From NCBI RefSeq assembly GCF_009914755.1, contig NC_060944.1: 64,000 nt of DNA; one strand, given 5' to 3'. Within the stretch, counting starts at the first letter, position 1; each line of letters begins with the position of its first letter. This document shows, one piece after another, positions 38,001 through 53,000 of the stretch. The notes beneath the pieces were generated by a model that was given only the letters and a program-made list of their open reading frames with translations, ran no database searches and was not told where the DNA came from. The position numbers and the translations under genes were made by a program. The stretch is from the human T2T-CHM13v2.0 reference genome, Homo sapiens.

Positions 38001-41000
38001 TAGCTGGGAGGATTTCGTTGGAAACGGGATTACATACAAAAAGCAGAGAGCAGCATTCTCAGAAACTTCTTTGTGATGTTTGCATTCAAGTCACAGAGTT
38101 GAACATTCCCTTTCATAGAGCAGGTTTGAAACACTCTTTTTGTAGTATCTGGATGTGGACATTTGGATCGCTTTCAGGCCTATGGTGAAAAAGGAAATAT
38201 CTTCCCATGAAAACTAGACAGAAGCATTCTCAGAAACTTATTCGTGATGTGTGCCCTCAACTGACAGTGTTGAACCTTTGTTTTGATAGAGCAGTTCTGA
38301 AACACACTTTTTGTAAAATCTGCAAGAGGATATTTGGATAGCTTTGAGGATTTCGTTGGAAACGGGAATGTCTTCATGTAAACTCTAGACAGAAGCATTC
38401 TCAGAAACTGCTTTGGGATGTTTCAATTGAAGTCCCAGTGTTGAACATTCCCATTCATAGAGCAGGTTTGAAACACTCTTTTTGTACTATCTGGAAGTGG
38501 ACATTTGGAGCGCTTTCAGGTCTACGGTGAAAAAGGAGATATCTTCCAATAAAAACTAGATAGAAGCAATGTCAGAACTTTTTTCATGATGTATCTACTC
38601 AGCAAACAGAGTTGAACCTTTCTTTTGAGAGAGCAGTTTTGAAACACTCTTTTTGTGGAATATGCAAGTGGGTATTAGGCCAGCTTGGAGGATTTCGTTG
38701 GAAACGGGAATACGTATAAAAAGCAGACAGCAGCATTGTCAGAAACTACTTTGTGATGTTTGCATTCAAGTCACAGAATTGAACACTCCCTTTCACAGAG
38801 CAGGTTTGAAACACTCTTTTTGTAGTGTCTGTAAGTGAACATTTGGATTGCTTTCAGGCCTAAGGTGAAAAAGGAAATATCTTCCCATAAAAACTAGACA
38901 GAAGCATTCTCAGAAACTTGTTTGTGATGTGTGCCCTCTACTGACAGAGTTGAACCTTTCTTTGCAAAGAGCAGTTTTGAAACACTCTTTTTGTAGAATC
39001 TGCAAGAGGATATTTGGATAGCTTTGAGGATTTCTTGGGAAACGGGAATGTCTTCAGATAAACTCTAGACAGAAGCATTCTCAGAAACTGCTTTGGGATG
39101 TTTCAATTGAAGTCACAGTGTTGAACATTCCCTTTCACAGAGCAGGTTTGAAACACTCTTTTTGTAGTGTCTATAAGTGAACATTTGGCGTGCTTTCAGG
39201 CCTAACGTGAAAAAGGAAATATCTTCCCATAAAAACTAGACAGAAGCATTCTCAGAAACTTGTTCTTGATGTGTCCCCTCTACTGACAGATTTGAACCTT
39301 TCTTTGCAAAGAGCAGCTTTGAAACACTCTTTTTGTAGAATCTGCAAGAGGATATTTGGATAGCTTGGAGGATTTCGTTGGAAACGGGTATGTCTTCAGA
39401 TAAACTCTAGACAGAAGCATTCTCAGAAACTTCTTTGGGATGTTGCATTCAAGTCACAGAGTAGAACATTCCCATTCATAGAGCAGATTTGAAACACTCT
39501 TTTTGTAGTATCTGGAAGTGGACATTTGGAGCGCTTTCAGGCCTATGTTGAAAAAGGAAATATCTTCCCATAAAAACTAGACGGAAGCATTCTCAGAAAC
39601 TTATTTGTGATGTGTTTGCTCAACTAACAGGATTGAACCATCGTTTTGAAGGAGCAGTTTTGAAACACTGTTTTCGTGGAATCTGCAAGTGGATATTTGG
39701 CTAGCTTTGAGGATTTCGTTGGAAACGGGATTACATATACAAAGGAGACAGCAGCATTCTCAGAAACTTCTTTGTGATGTCTGCATTCAATTCACAGAGT
39801 TGAGCATTCCCTTTCATAGAGCAGGTTGGAAACACTCTTTTTGTAGTATCTGGATGAGGACATTTGGAGCGCTTTCAGGCGTATGGTGAAACAGGAAATA
39901 TCTTCCCGTAAAAACTAGACAGAAGCATTCTCAGAAGTTTATTTGTGATGTGTGCCCTCAACTAACAGAGTTGAACCTTTCTTTTGATAGAGCAGTTTTG
40001 AAACACTCTTTTTGTAAAATCTGCAAGAGGATATTTGGATAGCTTTGAGGATTTCGTTGCAAACGGGAATGGCTTCATATAAACTCTAGACAGAAGCATT
40101 CTCAGAAACTTCGTTGGGATGTTTCGATTGAAGTCCCAGTGTTGAACATTCCCTTTTATAGAGCAGGTTGGAAACACTCTTTCTGCATTCCCTGGAAGTG
40201 GACATTTGGAGCGCTTTCAGGACGACGGTGAAAATGGAAATATCTTCCAAGAAAATCTAGATAGAAGCAATGTCAGAAACTTTTATGTGATGGATCTACT
40301 CAGCTAACAGAGTTGAACCTTTCTTTTGAGAGAGCAGTTTTGCAACACTCTTTTTGTGGAATATGCAAGTGGATATTAGGGCAGCTTTGAGGATTTCGTT
40401 GGAAACGGGAATACATGTAAAAAGCAGACAGCAGCATTCTCAGAAACTTCTTTGTGATGTTTGCATTGAAGTCACAGAGTTGAACATTCCCTTTGAGAGA
40501 GCAGGTTTGAAACACGCCTTTTGTCATATCTGGAAGTGTCCATTCGGAGCGCATTCAGGCTTGTGTTGAAAAAGGAAATATCCTCCCATAAAAACTAGAC
40601 AGAAGCATTCTCAGAAACTTATCTGTGATGTATGTACTCAACTAACAGAACTAAACCATCGTTTTGAAGGAGCAGTTTTGAAACACTCTTTTTGCGGAAT
40701 CTGCAAGTGGATATTTGGCTAGCTGGGAGGATTTCGTTGGAAACGGGATTACATACAAAAAGCAGAGAGCAGCATTCTCAGAAACTTCTTTGTGATGTTT
40801 GCATTCAAGTCACAGAGTTGAACATTCCCTTTCATAGAGCAGGTTTGAAACACTCTTTTTGTAGTATCTGGATGTGGACATTTGGATCGCTTTCAGGCCT
40901 ATGGTGAAAAAGGAAATATCTTCCCATGAAAACTAGACAGAAGCATTCTCAGAAACTTATTTGTGATGTGTGCCCTCAACTGACAGTGTTGAACCTTTGT

Positions 41001-44000
41001 TTTGATAGAGCAGTTCTGAAACACACTTTTTGTAAAATCTGCAAGAGGATATTTGGATAGCTTTGAGGATTTCGTTGGAAACGGGAATGTCTTCATGTAA
41101 ACTCTAGACAGAAGCATTCTCAGAAACTGCTTTGGGATGTTTCAATTGAAGTCCCAGTGTTGAACATTCCCATTCATAGAGCAGGTTTGAAACACTCTTT
41201 TTGTACTATCTGGAAGTGGACAGTTGGAGCGCTTTCAGGTCTACGGTGAAAAAGGAGATATCTTCCAATAAAAACTAGATAGAAGCAATGTCAGAACTTT
41301 TTTCATGATGTATCTACTCAACAAACAGAGTTGAACCTTTCTTTTGAGAGAGCAGTTTTGAAACACTCTTTTTGTAGAATATGCAAGTGGGTATTAGGCC
41401 AGCTTGGAGGATTTCGTTGGAAACGGGAATACGTATAAAAAGCAGACAGCAGCATTGTCAGAAACTACTTTGTGATGTTTGCATTCAAGTCACAGAATTG
41501 AACACTCCCTTTCACAGAGCAGGTTTGAAACACTCTTTTTGTAGTGTCTGTAAGTGAACATTTGGATTGCTTTCAGGCCTAAGGTGAAAAAGGAAATATC
41601 TTCCCATAAAAACTAGACAGAAGCATTCTCAGAAACTTGTTTGTGATGTGTGCCCTCTACTGACAGAGTTGAACCTTTCTTTGCAAAGAGCAGTTTTGAA
41701 ACACTCTTTTTGTAGAATCTGCAAGAGGATATTTGGATAGCTTTGAGGATTTCTTGGGAAACGGGAATGTCTTCAGATAAACTCTAGACAGAAGCATTCT
41801 CAGAAACTTCTTTGGGATGTTTCAATTGAAGTCACAGTGTTGAACATTCCCTTTCACAGAGCAGGTTTGAAACACTCTTTTTGTAGTGTCTATAAGTGAA
41901 CATTTGGCGTGCTTTCAGGCCTAACGTGAAAAAGGAAATATCTTCCCATAAAAACTAGACAGAAGCATTCTCAGAAACTTGTTCTTGATGTGTCCCCTCT
42001 ACTGACAGAGTTGAACCTTTCTTTGCAAAGAGCAGCTTTGAAACACTCTTTTTGTAGAATCTGCAAGAGGATATTTGGATAGCTTGGAGGATTTCGTTGG
42101 AAACGGGTATGTCTTCAGATAAACTCTAGACAGAAGCATTCTCAGAAACTTCTTTGGGATGTTGCATTCAAGTCACAGAGTAGAACATTCCCATTCATAG
42201 AGCAGATTTGAAACACTCTTTTTGTAGTATCTGGAAGTGGACATTTGGAGCGCTTTCAGGCCTATGTTGAAAAAGGAAATATCTTCCCATAAAAACTAGA
42301 CGGAAGCATTCTCAGAAACTTATTTGTGATGTGTTTGCTCAACTAACAGGATTGAACCATCGTTTTGAAGGAGCAGTTTTGAAACACTGTTTTCGTGGAA
42401 TCTGCAAGTGGATATTTGGCTAGCTTTGAGGATTTCGTTGGAAACGGGATTACATATACAAAGGAGACAGCAGCATTCTCAGAAACTTCTTTGTGATGTC
42501 TGCATTCAATTCACAGAGTTGAGCATTCCCTTTCATAGAGCAGGTTGGAAACACTCTTTTTGTAGTATCTGGATGAGGACATTTGGAGCGCTTTCAGGCG
42601 TATGGTGAAACAGGAAATATCTTCCCGTAAAAACTAGACAGAAGCATTCTCAGAAGTTTATTTGTGATGTGTGCCCTCAACTAACAGAGTTGAACCTTTC
42701 TTTTGATAGAGCAGTTTTGAAACACTCTTTTTGTAAAATCTGCAAGAGGATATTTGGATAGCTTTGAGGATTTCGTTGCAAACGGGAATGGCTTCATATA
42801 AACTCTAGACAGAAGCATTCTCAGAAACTTCGTTGGGATGTTTCGATTGAAGTCCCAGTGTTGAACATTCCCTTTTATAGAGCAGGTTGGAAACACTCTT
42901 TCTGCATTCCCTGGAAGTGGACATTTGGAGCGCTTTCAGGACGACGGTGAAAATGGAAATATCTTCCAAGAAAATCTAGATAGAAGCAATGTCAGAAACT
43001 TTTATGTGATGGATCTACTCAGCTAACAGAGTTGAACCTTTCTTTTGAGAGAGCAGTTTTGCAACACTCTTTTTGTGGAATATGCAAGTGGATATTAGGG
43101 CAGCTTTGAGGATTTCGTTGGAAACGGGAATACATGTAAAAAGCAGACAGCAGCATTCTCAGAAACTTCTTTGTGATGTTTGCATTGAAGTCACAGAGTT
43201 GAACATTCCCTTTGAGAGAGCAGGTTTGAAACACGCCTTTTGTCATATCTGGAAGTGTCCATTCGGAGCGCATTCAGGCTTGTGTTGAAAAAGGAAATAT
43301 CCTCCCATAAAAACTAGACAGAAGCATTCTCAGAAACTTATCTGTGATGTATGTACTCAACTAACAGAACTAAACCATCGTTTTGAAGGAGCAGTTTTGA
43401 AACACTCTTTTTGCGGAATCTGCAAGTGGATATTTGGCTAGCTGGGAGGATTTCGTTGGAAACGGGATTACATACAAAAAGCAGACAGCAGCATTCTCAG
43501 AAACTTCTTTGTGATGTTTGCATTCAAGTCACAGAGTTGAACATTCCCTTTCATAGAGCAGGTTTGAAACACTCTTTTTGTAGTATCTGGATGTGGACAT
43601 TTGGATCGCTTTCAGGCCTATGGTGAAAAAGGAAATATCTTCCCATGAAAACTAGACAGAAGCATTCTCAGAAACTTATTCGTGATGTGTGCCCTCAACT
43701 GACAGTGTTGAACCTTTGTTTTGATAGAGCAGTTCTGAAACACACTTTTTGTAAAATCTGTAAGAGGATATTTGGATAGCTTTGAGGATTTCGTTGGAAA
43801 CGGGAATGTCTTCATGTAAACTCTAGACAGAAGCATTCTCAGAAACTGCTTTGGGATGTTTCAATTGAAGTCCCAGTGTTGAACATTCCCATTCATAGAG
43901 CAGGTTTGAAACACTCTTTTTGTACTATCTGGAAGTGGACATTTGGAGCGCTTTCAGGTCTACGGTGAAAAAGGAGATATCTTCCAATAAAAACTAGATA

Positions 44001-47000
44001 GAAGCAATGTCAGAACTTTTTTCATGATGTATCTACTCAGCAAACAGAGTTGAACCTTTCTTTTGAGAGAGCAGTTTTGAAACACTCTTTTTGTGGAATA
44101 TGCAAGTGGGTATTAGGCCAGCTTGGAGGATTTCGTTGGAAACGGGAATACGTATAAAAAGCAGACAGCAGCATTGTCAGAAACTACTTTGTGATGTTTG
44201 CATTCAAGTCACAGAATTGAACACTCCCTTTCACAGAGCAGGTTTGAAACACTCTTTTTGTAGTGTCTGTAAGTGAACATTTGGATTGCTTTCAGGCCTA
44301 AGGTGAAAAAGGAAATATCTTCCCATAAAAACTAGACAGAAGCATTCTCAGAAACTTGTTTGTGATGTGTGCCCTCTACTGACAGAGTTGAACCTTTCTT
44401 TGCAAAGAGCAGTTTTGAAACACTCTTTTTGTAGAATCTGCAAGAGGATATTTGGATAGCTTTGAGGATTTCTTGGGAAACGGGAATGTCTTCAGATAAA
44501 CTCTAGACAGAAGCATTCTCAGAAACTTCTTTGGGATGTTTCAATTGAAGTCACAGTGTTGAACATTCCCTTTCACAGAGCAGGTTTGAAACACTCTTTT
44601 TGTAGTGTCTATAAGTGAACATTTGGCGTGCTTTCAGGCCTAACGTGAAAAAGGAAATATCTTCCCATAAAAACTAGACAGAAGCATTCTCAGAAACTTG
44701 TTCTTGATGTGTCCCCTCTACTGACAGAGTTGAACCTTTCTTTGCAAAGAGCAGCTTTGAAACACTCTTTTTGTAGAATCTGCAAGAGGATATTTGGATA
44801 GCTTGGAGGATTTCGTTGGAAACGGGTATGTCTTCAGATAAACTCTAGACAGAAGCATTCTCAGAAACTTCTTTGGGATGTTGCATTCAAGTCACAGAGT
44901 AGAACATTCCCATTCATAGAGCAGATTTGAAACACTCTTTTTGTAGTATCTGGAAGTGGACATTTGGAGCGCTTTCAGGCCTATGTTGAAAAAGGAAATA
45001 TCTTCCCATAAAAACTAGACGGAAGCATTCTCAGAAACTTATTTGTGATGTGTTTGCTCAACTAACAGGATTGAACCATCGTTTTGAAGGAGCAGTTTTG
45101 AAACACTGTTTTCGTGGAATCTGCAAGTGGATATTTGGCTAGCTTTGAGGATTTCGTTGGAAACGGGATTACATATAAAAAGGAGACAGCAGCATTCTCA
45201 GAAACTTCTTTGTGATGTCTGCATTCAATTCACAGAGTTGAGCATTCCCTTTCATAGAGCAGGTTGGAAACACTCTTTTTGTAGTATCTGGATGAGGACA
45301 TTTGGAGCGCTTTCAGGCGTATGGTGAAACAGGAAATATCTTCCCGTAAAAACTAGACAGAAGCATTCTCAGAAGTTTATTTGTGATGTGTGCCCTCAAC
45401 TAACAGAGTTGAACCTTTCTTTTGATAGAGCAGTTTTGAAACACTCTTTTTGTAAAATCTGCAAGAGGATATTTGGATAGCTTTGAGGATTTCGTTGCAA
45501 ACGGGAATGGCTTCATATAAACTCTAGACAGAAGCATTCTCAGAAACTTCGTTGGGATGTTTCGATTGAAGTCCCAGTGTTGAACATTCCCTTTTATAGA
45601 GCAGGTTGGAAACACTCTTTCTGCATTCCCTGGAAGTGGACATTTGGAGCGCTTTCAGGACGACGGTGAAAATGGAAATATCTTCCAAGAAAATCTAGAT
45701 AGAAGCAATGTCAGAAACTTTTATGTGATGGATCTACTCAGCTAACAGAGTTGAACCTTTCTTTTGAGAGAGCAGTTTTGCAACACTCTTTTTGTGGAAT
45801 ATGCAAGTGGATATTAGGGCAGCTTTGAGGATTTCGTTGGAAACGGGAATACATGTAAAAAGCAGACAGCAGCATTCTCAGAAACTTCTTTGTGATGTTT
45901 GCATTGAAGTCACAGAGTTGAACATTCCCTTTGAGAGAGCAGGTTTGAAACACGCCTTTTGTCATATCTGGAAGTGTCCATTCGGAGCGCATTCAGGCTT
46001 GTGTTGAAAAAGGAAATATCCTCCCATAAAAACTAGACAGAAGCATTCTCAGAAACTTATCTGTGATGTATGTACTCAACTAACAGAACTAAACCATCGT
46101 TTTGAAGGAGCAGTTTTGAAACACTCTTTTTGCGGAATCTGCAAGTGGATATTTGGCTAGCTGGGAGGATTTCGTTGGAAACGGGATTACATACAAAAAG
46201 CAGAGAGCAGCATTCTCAGAAACTTCTTTGTGATGTTTGCATTCAAGTCACAGAGTTGAACATTCCCTTTCATAGAGCAGGTTTGAAACACTCTTTTTGT
46301 AGTATCTGGATGTGGACATTTGGATCGCTTTCAGGCCTATGGTGAAAAAGGAAATATCTTCCCATGAAAACTAGACAGAAGCATTCTCAGAAACTTATTC
46401 GTGATGTGTGCCCTCAACTGACAGTGTTGAACCTTTGTTTTGATAGAGCAGTTCTGAAACACACTTTTTGTAAAATCTGTAAGAGGATATTTGGATAGCT
46501 TTGAGGATTTCGTTGGAAACGGGAATGTCTTCATGTAAACTCTAGACAGAAGCATTCTCAGAAACTGCTTTGGGATGTTTCAATTGAAGTCCCAGTGTTG
46601 AACATTCCCATTCATAGAGCAGGTTTGAAACACTCTTTTTGTACTATCTGGAAGTGGACATTTGGAGCGCTTTCAGGTCTACGGTGAAAAAGGAGATATC
46701 TTCCAATAAAAACTAGATAGAAGCAATGTCAGAACTTTTTTCATGATGTATCTACTCAGCAAACAGAGTTGAACCTTTCTTTTGAGAGAGCAGTTTTGGA
46801 ACACTCTTTTTGTGGAATATGCAAGTGGGTATTAGGCCAGCTTGGAGGATTTCGTTGGAAACGGGAATACGTATAAAAAGCAGACAGCAGCATTGTCAGA
46901 AACTACTTTGTGATGTTTGCATTCAAGTCACAGAATTGAACACTCCCTTTCACAGAGCAGGTTTGAAACACTCTTTTTGTAGTGTCTGTAAGTGAACATT

Positions 47001-50000
47001 TGGATTGCTTTCAGGCCTAAGGTGAAAAAGGAAATATCTTCCCATAAAAACTAGACAGAAGCATTCTCAGAAACTTGTTTGTGATGTGTGCCCTCTACTG
47101 ACAGAGTTGAAGCTTTCTTTGCAAAGAGCAGTTTTGAAACACTCTTTTTGTAGAATCTGCAAGAGGATATTTGGATAGCTTTGAGGATTTCTTGGGAAAC
47201 GGGAATGTCTTCAGATAAACTCTAGACAGAAGCATTCTCAGAAACTTCTTTGGGATGTTTCAATTGAAGTCACAGTGTTGAACATTCCCTTTCACAGAGC
47301 AGGTTTGAAACACTCTTTTTGTAGTGTCTATAAGTGAACATTTGGCGTGCTTTCAGGCCTAACGTTAAAAAGGAAATATCTTCCCATAAAAACTAGACAG
47401 AAGCATTCTCAGAAACTTGTTCTTGATGTGTCCCCTCTACTGACAGAGTTGAACCTTTCTTTGCAAAGAGCAGCTTTGAAACACTCTTTTTGTAGAATCT
47501 GCAAGAGGATATTTGGATAGCTTGGAGGATTTCGTTGGAAACGGGTATGTCTTCAGATAAACTCTAGACAGAAGCATTCTCAGAAACTTCTTTGGGATGT
47601 TGCATTCAAGTCACAGAGTAGAACATTCCCATTCATAGAGCAGATTTGAAACACTCTTTTTGTAGTATCTGGAAGTGGACATTTGGAGCGCTTTCAGGCC
47701 TATGTTGAAAAAGGAAATATCTTCCCATAAAAACTAGACGGAAGCATTCTCAGAAACTTATTTGTGATGTGTTTGCTCAACTAACAGGATTGAACCATCG
47801 TTTTGAAGGAGCAGTTTTGAAACACTGTTTTCGTGGAATCTGCAAGTGGATATTTGGCTAGCTTTGAGGATTTCGTTGGAAACGGGATTACATATAAAAA
47901 GGAGACAGCAGCATTCTCAGAAACTTCTTTGTGATGTCTGCATTCAATTCACAGAGTTGAGCATTCCCTTTCATAGAGCAGGTTGGAAACACTCTTTTTG
48001 TAGTATCTGGATGAGGACATTTGGAGCGCTTTCAGGCGTATGGTGAAACAGGAAATATCTTCCCGTAAAAACTAGACAGAAGCATTCTCAGAAGTTTATT
48101 TGTGATGTGTGCCCTCAACTAACAGAGTTGAACCTTTCTTTTGATAGAGCAGTTTTGAAACACTCTTTTTGTAAAATCTGCAAGAGGATATTTGGATAGC
48201 TTTGAGGATTTCGTTGCAAACGGGAATGGCTTCATATAAACTCTAGACAGAAGCATTCTCAGAAACTTCGTTGGGATGTTTCGATTGAAGTCCCAGTGTT
48301 GAACATTCCCTTTTATAGAGCAGGTTGGAAACACTCTTTCTGCATTCCCTGGAAGTGGACATTTGGAGCGCTTTCAGGACGACGGTGAAAATGGAAATAT
48401 CTTCCAAGAAAATCTAGATAGAAGCAACGTCAGAAACTTTTATGTGATGGATCTACTCAGCTAACAGAGTTGAACCTTTCTTTTGAGAGAGCAGTTTTGC
48501 AACACTCTTTTTGTGGAATATGCAAGTGGATATTAGGGCAGCTTTGAGGATTTCGTTGGAAACGGGAATACATGTAAAAAGCAGACAGCAGCATTCTCAG
48601 AAACTTCTTTGTGATGTTTGCATTGAAGTCACAGAGTTGAACATTCCCTTTGAGAGAGCAGGTTTGAAACACGCCTTTTGTCATATCTGGAAGTGTCCAT
48701 TCGGAGCGCATTCAGGCTTGTGTTGAAAAAGGAAATATCCTCCCATAAAAACTAGACAGAAGCATTCTCAGAAACTTATCTGTGATGTATGTACTCAACT
48801 AACAGAACTAAACCATCGTTTTGAAGGAGCAGTTTTGAAACACTCTTTTTGCGGAATCTGCAAGTGGATATTTGGCTAGCTGGGAGGATTTCGTTGGAAA
48901 CGGGATTACATACAAAAAGCAGAGAGCAGCATTCTCAGAAACTTCTTTGTGATGTTTGCATTCAAGTCACAGAGTTGAACATTCCCTTTCATAGAGCAGG
49001 TTTGAAACACTCTTTTTGTAGTATCTGGATGTGGACATTTGGATCGCTTTCAGGCCTATGGTGAAAAAGGAAATATCTTCCCATGAAGACTAGACAGAAG
49101 CATTCTCAGAAACTTATTCGTGATGTGTGCCCTCAACTGACAGTGTTGAACCTTTGTTTTGATAGAGCAGTTCTGAAACACACTTTTTGTAAAATCTGCA
49201 AGAGGATATTTGGATAGCTTTGAGGATTTCGTTGGAAACGGGAATGTCTTCATGTAAACTCTAGACAGAAGCATTCTCAGAAACTGCTTTGGGATGTTTC
49301 AATTGAAGTCCCAGTGTTGAACATTCCCTTTCATAGAGCAGGTTTGAAACACTCTTTTTGTACTATCTGGAAGTGGACATTTGGAGCGCTTTCAGGTCTA
49401 CGGTGAAAAAGGAGATATCTTCCAATAAAAACTAGATAGAAGCAATGTCAGAACTTTTTTCATGATGTATCTACTCAGCAAACAGAGTTGAACCTTTCTT
49501 TTGAGAGAGCAGTTTTGAAACACTCTTTTTGTGGAATATGCAAGTGGGTATTAGGCCAGCTTGGAGGATTTCGTTGGAAACGGGAATACGTATAAAAAGC
49601 AGACAGCAGCATTGTCAGAAACTACTTTGTGATGTTTGCATTCAAGTCACAGAATTGAACACTCCCTTTCACAGAGCAGGTTTGAAACACTCTTTTTGTA
49701 GTGTCTGTAAGTGAACATTTGGATTGCTTTCAGGCCTAAGGTGAAAAAGGAAATATCTTCCCATAAAAACTAGACAGAAGCATTCTCAGAAACTTGTTTG
49801 TGATGTGTGCCCTCTACTGACAGAGTTGAAGCTTTCTTTGCAAAGAGCAGTTTTGAAACACTCTTTTTGTAGAATCTGCAAGAGGATATTTGGATAGCTT
49901 TGAGGATTTCTTGGGAAACGGGAATGTCTTCAGATAAACTCTAGACAGAAGCATTCTCAGAAACTTCTTTGGGATGTTTCAATTGAAGTCACAGTGTTGA

Positions 50001-53000
50001 ACATTCCCTTTCACAGAGCAGGTTTGAAACACTCTTTTTGTAGTGTCTATAAGTGAACATTTGGCGTGCTTTCAGGCCTAACGTGAAAAAGGAAATATCT
50101 TCCCATAAAAACTAGACAGAAGCATTCTCAGAAACTTGTTCTTGATGTGTCCCCTCTACTGACAGAGTTGAACCTTTCTTTGCAAAGAGCAGCTTTGAAA
50201 CACTCTTTTTGTAGAATCTGCAAGAGGATATTTGGATAGCTTGGAGGATTTCGTTGGAAACGGGTATGTCTTCAGATAAACTCTAGACAGAAGCATTCTC
50301 AGAAACTTCTTTGGGATGTTGCATTCAAGTCACAGAGTAGAACATTCCCATTCATAGAGCAGATTTGAAACACTCTTTTTGTAGTATCTGGAAGTGGACA
50401 TTTGGAGCGCTTTCAGGCCTATGTTGAAAAAGGAAATATCTTCCCATAAAAACTAGACGGAAGCATTCTCAGAAACTTATTTGTGATGTGTTTGCTCAAC
50501 TAACAGGATTGAACCATCGTTTTGAAGGAGCAGTTTTGAAACACTGTTTTCGTGGAATCTGCAAGTGGATATTTGGCTAGCTTTGAGGATTTCGTTGGAA
50601 ACGGGATTACATATAAAAAGGAGACAGCAGCATTCTCAGAAACTTCTTTGTGATGTCTGCATTCAATTCACAGAGTTGAGCATTCCCTTTCATAGAGCAG
50701 GTTGGAAACACTCTTTTTGTAGTATCTGGATGAGGACATTTGGAGCGCTTTCAGGCGTATGGTGAAAAAGGAAATATCTTCCCGTAAAAACTAGACAGAA
50801 GCATTCTCAGAAGTTTATTTGTGATGTGTGCCCTCAACTAACAGAGTTGAACCTTTCTTTTGATAGAGCAGTTTTGAAACACTCTTTTTGTAAAATCTGC
50901 AAGAGGATATTTGGATAGCTTTGAGGATTTCGTTGCAAACGGGAATGGCTTCATATAAACTCTAGACAGAAGCATTCTCAGAAACTTCGTTGGGATGTTT
51001 CGATTGAAGTCCCAGTGTTGAACATTCCCTTTTATAGAGCAGGTTGGAAACACTCTTTCTGCATTCCCTGGAAGTGGACATTTGGAGCGCTTTCAGGACG
51101 ACGGTGAAAATGGAAATATCTTCCAAGAAAATCTAGATAGAAGCAATGTCAGAAACTTTTATGTGATGGATCTACTCAGCTAACAGAGTTGAACCTTTCT
51201 TTTGAGAGAGCAGTTTTGCAACACTCTTTTTGTGGAATATGCAAGTGGATATTAGGGCAGCTTTGAGGATTTCGTTGGAAACGGGAATACATGTAAAAAG
51301 CAGACAGCAGCATTCTCAGAAACTTCTTTGTGATGTTTGCATTGAAGTCACAGAGTTGAACATTCCCTTTGAGAGAGCAGGTTTGAAACACGCCTTTTGT
51401 CATATCTGGAAGTGTCCATTCGGAGCGCATTCAGGCTTGTGTTGAAAAAGGAAATATCCTCCCATAAAAACTAGACAGAAGCATTCTCAGAAACTTATCT
51501 GTGATGTATGTACTCAACTAACAGAACTAAACCATCGTTTTGAAGGAGCAGTTTTGAAACACTCTTTTTGCGGAATCTGCAAGTGGATATTTGGCTAGCT
51601 GGGAGGATTTCGTTGGAAACGGGATTACATACAAAAAGCAGAGAGCAGCATTCTCAGAAACTTCTTTGTGATGTTTGCATTCAAGTCACAGAGTTGAACA
51701 TTCCCTTTCATAGAGCAGGTTTGAAACACTCTTTTTGTAGTATCTGGATGTGGACATTTGGATCGCTTTCAGGCCTATGGTGAAAAAGGAAATATCTTCC
51801 CATGAAGACTAGACAGAAGCATTCTCAGAAACTTATTTGTGATGTGTGCCCTCAACTGACAGTGTTGAACCTTTGTTTTGATAGAGCAGTTCTGAAACAC
51901 ACTTTTTGTAAAATCTGCAAGAGGATATTTGGATAGCTTTGAGGATTTCGTTGGAAACGGGAATGTCTTCATGTAAACTCTAGACAGAAGCATTCTCAGA
52001 AACTGCTTTGGGATGTTTCAATTGAAGTCCCAGTGTTGAACATTCCCTTTCATAGAGCAGGTTTGAAACACTCTTTTTGTACTATCTGGAAGTGGACATT
52101 TGGAGCGCTTTCAGGTCTACGGTGAAAAAGGAGATATCTTCCAATAAAAACTAGATAGAAGCAATGTCAGAACTTTTTTCATGATGTATCTACTCAGCAA
52201 ACAGAGTTGAACCTTTCTTTTGAGAGAGCAGTTTTGAAACACTCTTTTTGTGGAATATGCAAGTGGGTATTAGGCCAGCTTGGAGGATTTCGTTGGAAAC
52301 GGGAATACGTATAAAAAGCAGACAGCAGCATTGTCAGAAACTACTTTGTGATGTTTGCATTCAAGTCACAGAATTGAACACTCCCTTTCACAGAGCAGGT
52401 TTGAAACACTCTTTTTGTAGTGTCTGTAAGTGAACATTTGGATTGCTTTCAGGCCTAAGGTGAAAAAGGAAATATCTTCCCATAAAAACTAGACAGAAGC
52501 ATTCTCAGAAACTTGTTTGTGATGTGTGCCCTCTACTGACAGAGTTGAAGCTTTCTTTGCAAAGAGCAGTTTTGAAACACTCTTTTTGTAGAATCTGCAA
52601 GAGGATATTTGGATAGCTTTGAGGATTTCTTGGGAAACGGGAATGTCTTCAGATAAACTCTAGACAGAAGCATTCTCAGAAACTTCTTTGGGATGTTTCA
52701 ATTGAAGTCACAGTGTTGAACATTCCCTTTCACAGAGCAGGTTTGAAACACTCTTTTTGTAGTGTCTATAAGTGAACATTTGGCGTGCTTTCAGGCCTAA
52801 CGTGAAAAAGGAAATATCTTCCCATAAAAACTAGACAGAAGCATTCTGAGAAACTTGTTCGTGATGTGTGCCCTCTACTGACAGAGTTGAACCTTTCTTT
52901 GCAAAGAGCAGCTTTGAAACACACTTTTTGTAGAATCTGCAAGAGGATATTTGGATAGCTTTGAGGATTTCGTTGGAAACGGGTATGTCTTCAGATAAAC

